Below, one piece after another: positions 53,546-64,000 of a DNA stretch of 64,000 nt (position 1 is the stretch's first letter; the number at the start of each line of letters is the position of its first letter). The notes beneath the pieces are model-generated. The model saw only the letters and a list, made by a program, of their open reading frames with translations, was not told the origin of the DNA and did no database searches. The translations under genes and the position numbers were made by a program. The DNA comes from Eledone cirrhosa (lineage: Eukaryota): positions 52,452,001 through 52,516,000 of the forward strand of contig OZ024751.1 in NCBI GenBank assembly GCA_964016885.1. The letters are read 5' to 3'.

Positions 53546-53739
53546 AAAAAGTATGACCCCGACGGCAGAGCTCAATCCGTTTCGACGGCTATTTCTGGCA
53601 TGTCCAGAAATAGCTGTTGAAACGGTTTGAGCTCTGCCGTCGGGATCATACTTTTTCCTATTTCCCACTCTACTACCCTAAATATTGAGTACTCTGGTGC
53701 GTTATGGTCCATCTGGTTCCTTACCACAATTCCTTTGTT
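53541..53739 (+). mobile_element. Mini fold-back PLE end
   Basis: 58-bp arms 53541-53598 and 53604-53661; GAAAcgg..ccgTC half-hammerhead; tail 53662-53739. Confidence 0.78.
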
Positions 53740-53750
53740 ATATATATATA

Positions 53751-56355
53751 GTAATAATAATAAAATTGAAGACTAAAATCCAAAGAGGGCTCGATAAGGA
53801 TAAATATATATCAAATATATAAGAACCGTAGAGCAAATATTTATTAAATAACAGATTAAAGTTTAAGCAAAGAATCGCTGCTTTCACCCTTAACGGGATC
53901 TTCTGAAACTAACAAAGTCAATCTGTAAACGCAGAACTGGATATTTCAAAAAACGTTGCAACCGGAGGAAGACAGGAAGACGATACTTTGGTTCGTGGTA
54001 ACGTTCGCTGGCAAAGAACGGGAAAAAACGAATAATACGTCATTAATAGGAGCGGTGAAAAACGATTACGCGCAAAGACAGAACCACGTTTATGGTATAA
54101 AAGAGGTCATAGACTAATGTTCTTTTAGGTGGAGCATAGAGACGTTCTCTGGCAATGAACGAAAAAACGAAGATAATAAGTCATATGTGGAGCGTGGAGA
54201 ACAATAGCACGCAAAGACAAAACCACGTAAATGGTATAGCAGAAATCGTAGACTAAAATTCTAACTAGGAGACCAAATGAATCTCTGCTACAGAGTTAAG
54301 AACAAAGTAAATAAATACAATACAGAAGTAATAGAAACATTTGTAGACAACGTTACTAGAGAGGCATTTCCCGGATAGGGGGCAATCAGCCCGATTCCTA
54401 CAATTACAGTTAGTACTAACTACAGGGTTGCACGTATTCCTACGGCTAGGTAGTTTAGCTAAATTTGAAGCTGTGATGTTATGTGCAAGGTTAGGAGTTG
54501 TAGAGTAAGAAATTTTAATAGTATTTCTATTAAAAATTTTACTATATTTATGTGTAGGGGGAAAATGCTTCGTAATAAGGGAAAGAAAGATCTTAGCTAA
54601 TGGTGTGGCCACCTCCATATTATATGGGAGTTAAACCAACAAATGCGACGGGATCTATTTCTTCTAGGTCTATTTTCGTACTCTGTATATGCTACCTTAT
54701 CGACAAATCCACTTCGAGCAAGAGCTTCATTGTAATAAGTGGAATGGTCGTTGAAAATGCGCTCGTTGGTGGAAAGACGGGAAAGACTCAACGAAACGTT
54801 TCTTACCAGGTTCTTGGTTATGCTGGCAGGATGGTTGGAATGCTTACTTATGTAATTAAGCGTATCATTCGGCTTTCTATACGGGTAATACAACCCATTC
54901 AATAAATTGAGGGTAACGTCGAGGTAATTAACGACCGAGAGATTGGCCTCAACCTGTATAGAGAGGTTGACTCTAGTAACGTTGTCTACAAATGTAAGGT
55001 TGTAACACCCACGTCCCGTAGGGCCTACATAGGGTTAACCGCCAATAGTTTCAAGCAGCGTCTTTACATGCATACCCATTCTTTTCGTTACCCTCTAAGA
55101 AGGAATATGACGTCACTTTCAGCTTATATCTGGAGTATAAAAGACAACCACACCCAATATAAGTTACACTGGGAGATCCTAGCTAGGGCTAGATCGTATA
55201 ACGGAAATAAAAGACCATGTGACCTCTGCGCCGCTGAGGCCTTGGAAATACTCTACGCCACAGACCACATCTTAAACAAAAAATCTGAGGCAATTTCGAC
55301 TTGTAAACATAAATTGCACAAAACTTTCCTGTATTACAGCCCCACGTTATACCCTAACGGATAGTACGATCTATACGTGGATATTTTACGTCTTGATGTG
55401 GGAGCTAAGTATATGTTTTGTTTATTCCTTTACTTATCTGCATAGGTAAGTATATATTACCCGTATGTTTTGTGAAGGTATGTATACCTTCTCGTACGTA
55501 TATTTGATTGTTATGGCGTATAATTTTTATATTCTGGTATTTAGGGTTTGGCTATGTGTATACGGGAGTTTTGCGTCTGCGTGAGTATGCAGGTTCGTAC
55601 GTATGGTGGGTGTGTGTATATGTGTACTTCTTGTTTTAGTTGACTTACGTCTCCGAACATTCGTGTATTTATATGTAGGTATGTGTGTGCGCTTGTTATA
55701 TACGTATTTATTTACTTATATACGCTTATATAATTATTTATTTATTTGTACACAAGCATACACACACACACACACATATTTATATGTGCGTGGTTTTGTA
55801 TACCTATGGTAAGGTTTTGCGTATGCTTGTGATGTACGTACTTGTTTGCGTGTATGTATTTATTTATTTCTATTACTTCTGTATTGTATTTATTTACTTT
55901 GTTCTTAACTCTGTAGCAGAGATTCATTTGGTCTCCTAGTTAGAATTTTAGTCTACGACTTCTGCTATACCATTTACGTGGTTTTGTCTTTGCGTGCTAT
56001 TGTTCTCCACGCTCCACATATGACTTATTATCTTCGTTTTTTCGTTCATTGCCAGAGAACGTCTCTATGCTCCACCTAAGAGAACATTAGTCTACGACCT
56101 CTTTTATACCATAAACGTGGTTCTGTCTTTGCGCGTAATTGTTTTTCACCGCTCCTATTAATGACGTATTATTCGTTTTTTCCCGTTCTTTGCCAGCGAA
56201 CGTTACCACGAACCAAAGTATCGTCTTCCTGTCTTCCTCCGGTTGCAACGTTTTTTGAAATATCCAGTTCTGCGTTTACAGATTGACTTTGTTAGTTTCA
56301 GAAGATCCCGTTAAGGGTGAAAGCAGCGATTCTTTGCTTAAACTTTAATCTGTTA

Positions 56356-56361
<6 letters not shown>
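53751..56361. mobile_element. Penelope-like element family B, inverted insertion
   Basis: Left minus arm: tail, hammerhead (53860-53910), UTR to 54336, deletion, RT thumb and linker to 54970; right plus arm 54971-56361 with EN (AYIGLT..CDLCAAE..CKH), UTR and hammerhead. Confidence 0.9.
56294..56344 (+). ncRNA. Hammerhead fold with CAGAAGA core
   Basis: Stem I agttt/aaact, CAGAAGA 56299-56305, t-ccc-gttaa-ggg-t, GAAA 56319-56322, stem III agca/tgct, CUU site. Confidence 0.65.
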
Positions 56362-56418
<57 letters not shown>

Positions 56419-56421
<3 letters not shown>

Positions 56422-56644
56422 AGGTGTATTATTGGTTGTTGTGTTAAACGGTCCAATAAAATTTTTGTTAGCAATATTAAGTTCTCCACGCTTTTGTATA
56501 TCTCCAATTCCATTTATGGGAACAGCTAGATGATGTAAAACGGAGTATTTGTATCAAAATAAAGATCCGAAGGCATGGTATAAATTTCCAATCATTTAAA
56601 ATGATTGGAAATTTATACCATGCCTTTGGATCTTTATTTTGATA
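56419..56644. mobile_element. Mini fold-back PLE-like end
   Basis: 46-bp arms 56552-56597 and 56599-56644; extra tail 56419-56551; TA flanks. Confidence 0.65.
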
Positions 56645-56705
56645 TATATAGTGGTGGAACACTGGAAGGTAATATCCGTAGTGGTAGAGCACTCAGTCCA
56701 AGGGA

Positions 56706-56763
<58 letters not shown>

Positions 56764-56860
56764 TATGCTGTAATGAATGTTGACCCACAATATTTGCATA
56801 TGTATCTGTATGTCTCTTGGGTGAAAAGGAGGTCATATAACTGTTCATTCATTAATAAAT

Positions 56861-56907
56861 TGCTCCGAAGAATCCAAACCTCGGTTTGGAGGAAACAGTT
56901 GTAAGCA
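56861..56907 (+). ncRNA. Hammerhead fold with CCGAAGA core
   Basis: tgct-CCGAAGA-a-tccaaac-ctcg-gtttgga-g-GAAA-cagttg-TA-agca; all three stems pair. Confidence 0.75.
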
Positions 56908-57589
56908 CAAAAATGTTTTGAACAGTTCTTTGATTCTTATATTTCATATATATATATATATGCCTTCTACTTCATTATATATAGTGTGTCCACAAAAAAT
57001 GTATACACACTTTGATTACTTGTACAGACAATATTAGAATGCTGTGGAAGTATGTGTCCATAATGTATATATATATTATATATAATATAATATAGTAAAA
57101 GGCAATAAGGTTATATAGTTCACTACATTTCATTTATCACGTAATAGCTGTTAAACACATTTCCAGTAAATTTCGGGGAATGGAAATCGATTAAATCAAC
57201 ACCAGTTCTTGACTGCTACTTTATTTTATCGACCACAGAAAGATGAAAGGCAAAATTGATCTTGACGGGGATTGAATTCAGAACTTAAAAAGCCGGAATA
57301 AATACTGTTAAGCATTTAGTCCGACACCCTAACGCCTCTACCAATCCTCCACCCTCATCATAGCCATAATAATCTGATATATTACATCCATGTGTTCTCA
57401 CATGTAGACGCACGTTCTCTACCATAGTGTTGTGTCCCTAAACGAAGCTTATTTCCTTTAATAGTTACAATGTAATTTGTCTGCAGTATGTATACAATGA
57501 GATATGATTAAAATTTATTTTTCTGACCGTAGGATATAGTTTGAATGAAAGTATAGGTCCCCTTGATCAAAGCTGACTCAGAGTTTATC

Positions 57590-58017
57590 AACAACAACCA
57601 TCGCCTGGGATGCCACTTGCACCGACGCTTTTTGCAGCCGCAACCTGGTGCAGTCTGCGACTGACCCAGGTTCTGCTGCACGTCGGGCTGAGGGAGCCAA
57701 ACTCCTCAAATACCGGTCGCTCTCCGACAGGTTTGCGGTCGTTCCCCTGGCAGTGGAGACTTCTAGTGTCCTCGGCCCCAGGGCTACCTCCTTACTCACC
57801 ACCATAGGCGGTGAGCTGGCCAGCCGCAGGTGTGAGCCCCGCGAGTTGGAGTGGCTTTTCCAGCGCGTCTCCCTTGCCGTCCTCCGGGGAAACGCCTTCT
57901 CCATTCTGTCCGCGGGGGCTATGGGTGGGCCCCATCGCGTACCAATACATTAGTTAAATACCATTCTTTCATCTGATACAACACAATAAAGACTAAAGTG
58001 TTTAAAAAAAAAAAAAA
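57590..58017 (+). mobile_element. 5'-truncated CRE-clade non-LTR retrotransposon (restriction-like endonuclease C-terminus)
   Basis: WDATCTD..AARRAEGAKLLKY..PLAVET..LFQRVSLAVLRGNA, then AATAAA and a poly(A) run. Confidence 0.78.
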
Positions 58018-58485
58018 TTATATCCCCTACATATGATAGTGCTCAGCCTTTTGATATTTCATAGGAACTCTGCGTACAAAATAAAACTACAACTACTAGT
58101 GCTATCAAGCCAACGGAAAACCACTACGAAGTCGCTTGACTTGCCCAAAACAGCAGCCAAATCAAATTACATCTTACGGTCTTAAGAAAAGGACACATTA
58201 AATAGTGTAGTTTTAGATACTCTGTCATGGGTGTTGCGCCTTTCATAATAAGTCTGTTCTATCCGAGCTGACGTGTAAGCTATAAAGCTGTCAACATAGT
58301 TTATATTTTGAAAACAAAAAAGGTCATGATAGTATACGAGAGTTATTTCCCTTGATGGGTCGCAAGTCAACATTTATACACCGTTTCTATATATACAGCC
58401 AACATCTATACACCCTTTCTATATATCCAGCCAACCTCTACTCTATCTATATATCCAGTCAATACCTACTTACTGTCAACATCTA

Positions 58486-59017
58486 CAGAGGTTTCCGAAC
58501 TTTTTTTTTTACTCATGGTGCACTTTAAAAGGAAAAATTATGCGTACTTCCTTCTTTAGTCAATAAATGGACCAAAGTTATCAATGAGAACCATGTGTTC
58601 GGTGTTTTTCGACAGTGTTTTCATACTTATTTTAGCTAGTTTTGACAGTGACTTATATAATTTTATGTAAGAACCTGTCATATTCCAAACACCAACTTAA
58701 TGTTAAAATAAAATTTAAAAAAAAGCATAGTACGAAAAACAGGAAATATTCTGTCAGATCTCTTGGGGCTATGATTAATTAGTTCTATGATTCTGATATT
58801 CCCTTAATTCTACTATTCATAACTATATTTAAGTATACAAACCACCACCATCATTACAACAATGATAAATGAATGGAGAATGTGAGAGAACCCCAGGCGT
58901 ATGTACGTCGCGTTATGGTCCCAGTGGCTAGAATATGAGAGTGTTACTCCGGATGATAGCTAACATTGTAACTGGGCACCTAATTATATCTCGTAGTGGC
59001 CAGTTTTGGGACCACTG
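58486..59017. mobile_element. Possible decayed hAT MITE
   Basis: cagaggtttccgaact / agttttgggaccactg imperfect TIRs; no clear TSD. Confidence 0.4.
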
Positions 59018-59624
59018 CTTTAGAAAGATGTACTTTGTCTCATGAACTACTTTTATACATACAGTGGTTAAGGAATTCATTTTCCAGGTTTATTCTTATT
59101 ATGCTGCACCGTGGGCAAGTGTCTTTTAATGATGCTTCGGGTTAACCAATGCCTTGCAAGTAAAATGTAGTGGACGGAAACTGCAGAGGTTCGTCTCGGG
59201 CGTCCGTGTCCGGAGTGGGATGGGAAGATGGAATATAAAGAAGAGAATAAGACAAGAAAAGAAAGGGGAGCGAGAGAGAGAAAGGCAAACGTGAATGACT
59301 ATATGTATAACATGTGTGCTTGTGTGTGTGTTTGCAAGCCAAGAGACGGACGTTAGGAAGTTGATGCAGCGACAGGAAGGAAACCTATCAGATGAGTGCA
59401 AACAATCTGGTAAAGGGCACTGGTACTTCTGTATCGTCTTTAAAACAGACTGGCATTTGTTACGAGTCTATGAAATGGCGAAGAACGTAGTGCAAGGAGG
59501 GGGGGGGGGGGGCATACATTGTGGAAGGAGGAGTGGAGGAAGGTAGTTTGAGGAGGAGGTGACGAACAAAGTGGAAAGAGAAAGAGAACATCCGACAGTT
59601 AGCGAAGACTATCTAATGGAATGG

Positions 59625-59930
59625 ACCTCCGTCGGTTTCGACGATGATACCCCAGTTGTTTGATCAACGGAACAGCCAGCTCATGAAATTAACGTGTAAA
59701 TGATGACTAAGCATCCCATAAACACGTGTACCCTTAATGTAATTTTCAGGGAGATGCAGCGTGTCAGTGTGTGACAAGCCTGGCCCATTCGAGCTTTGAA
59801 ACAGTTTTCGTCTACCCTTTTTACTCACAAGGCATGGGTCGGCTCGAGGCTGTGGTAAATGAGATTTGCCCAAGATGCCACATAGCGGGATCGAACTTGG
59901 GATTTAATGATTGTGAAGCCAGGTACAGTA
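59625..59930 (-). mobile_element. tRNA-derived SINE, third family
   Basis: Minus B-box aagttcgatccc, cttgggcaa core, acgttaatttcatgagc..aaccgacggaggtcc end also seen at about 45075-45188. Confidence 0.6.
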
Positions 59931-60075
59931 CAATCCGACCTGTACGTACGTATTTATGTGTGTGTGTGTGGCATATTCATCCTATGATTTGAAGTTGTAC
60001 TTCACTATTCAAACAGAACTCAAAACTATAAGTTTCTTGTATTGAATATGTCACTATCTATAAAACAACTTTTGT

Positions 60076-60135
60076 GTTTATATCTGATGAGGCATACCAA
60101 AAATGTTGGTACCCTTGAAATATATATAATAAATA
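60076..60135 (+). ncRNA. Minimal hammerhead, same family as 4956-5016
   Basis: CTGATGA 60084-60090, taccaa/ttggta stem II, GAAA 60117-60120, TATATA stem III. Confidence 0.6.
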
Positions 60136-60164
60136 AATTGGTTTTATAAGATAGTTTCATTTAC

Positions 60165-63397
<3,233 letters not shown>

Positions 63398-63653
63398 AGG
63401 AGGTGAGTTTTATTGTAGTACAATAAAGCAATGCAGATATCGGATAAGAAGCACTCTACAGTTTGTAGGACTGGAGTATGCATAATATAAGATCAAAAGA
63501 TGGTTAAAGGAGTTCCATGTATTTTATTATGCGCATTTCAAAAACAAACATCATCATGCAATAATATTTGTGTTTTCATCAGATAAAACAGGAGAACATG
63601 ATATGAAGGCTAAAAAACACTTGTGGATAGTGCAGTTTTAAATCAACATACCC

Positions 63654-63704
63654 AGATTCCTGATGATTTCTAATGAATGAAACAGTTCTAGTCCTGTAGA
63701 ATCT
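63654..63704 (+). ncRNA. Type I hammerhead ribozyme in a PLE 3' remnant (about 63398-63790)
   Basis: agattc-CTGATGA-t-ttc-taat-gaa-t-GAAA-cag-ttctagtc-ctg-TA-gaatct; tail motif follows at 63726. Confidence 0.85.
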
Positions 63705-63924
63705 CATCTATATTAAAACTGTTATACTCTGCTATGTATTGAGTACCTTACTTACTGTGGTTACCTCCGATTCAACCCGGAATAACGTACACATATATAT
63801 ATATATTATATACATACACATATATATATTATATATACATACACATATATTATATATACATACACACATATATATATATATATATTATATACATACACAC
63901 ATATATATTCTATATACATACACG

Positions 63925-63995
<71 letters not shown>

Positions 63996-64000
63996 TTAAT

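Overview
AT-rich animal genomic DNA. The SINE set and (TA)n density suggest a coleoid cephalopod such as Octopus (inference). The only host gene recognised is the 3' end of a MICAL-family gene: three + strand exons (149-225, 24080-24194, 29650-29767) encoding the C-terminal bMERB coiled coil. The rest is microsatellite and mobile DNA: an RTE LINE with an uninterrupted 1037-aa ORF and a PHD-like finger inserted after the RT core, a decayed CR1-type LINE, a compact Gypsy LTR element, a CRE endonuclease fragment, SINEs and MITEs. The main signal is a dense set of Penelope-like elements (PLEs, C-terminal GIY-YIG with CxCx5Cx5C linker) sitting in (TA)n arrays. Eleven insertions are fold-backs, with arms from 28 bp to 2.2 kb. 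In ten of them one arm carries an extra 3' tail, usually with the motif RCTC-N13-38-GAGYNCTCT, and the other arm stops a few bases before that motif. About a dozen type I hammerhead ribozyme folds lie just upstream of these ends. Many have family-fixed non-canonical cores (CCGANGA with A.G, or CAGANGA with U.U, at the base of stem II). All calls were made by eye, so repeat boundaries are approximate.
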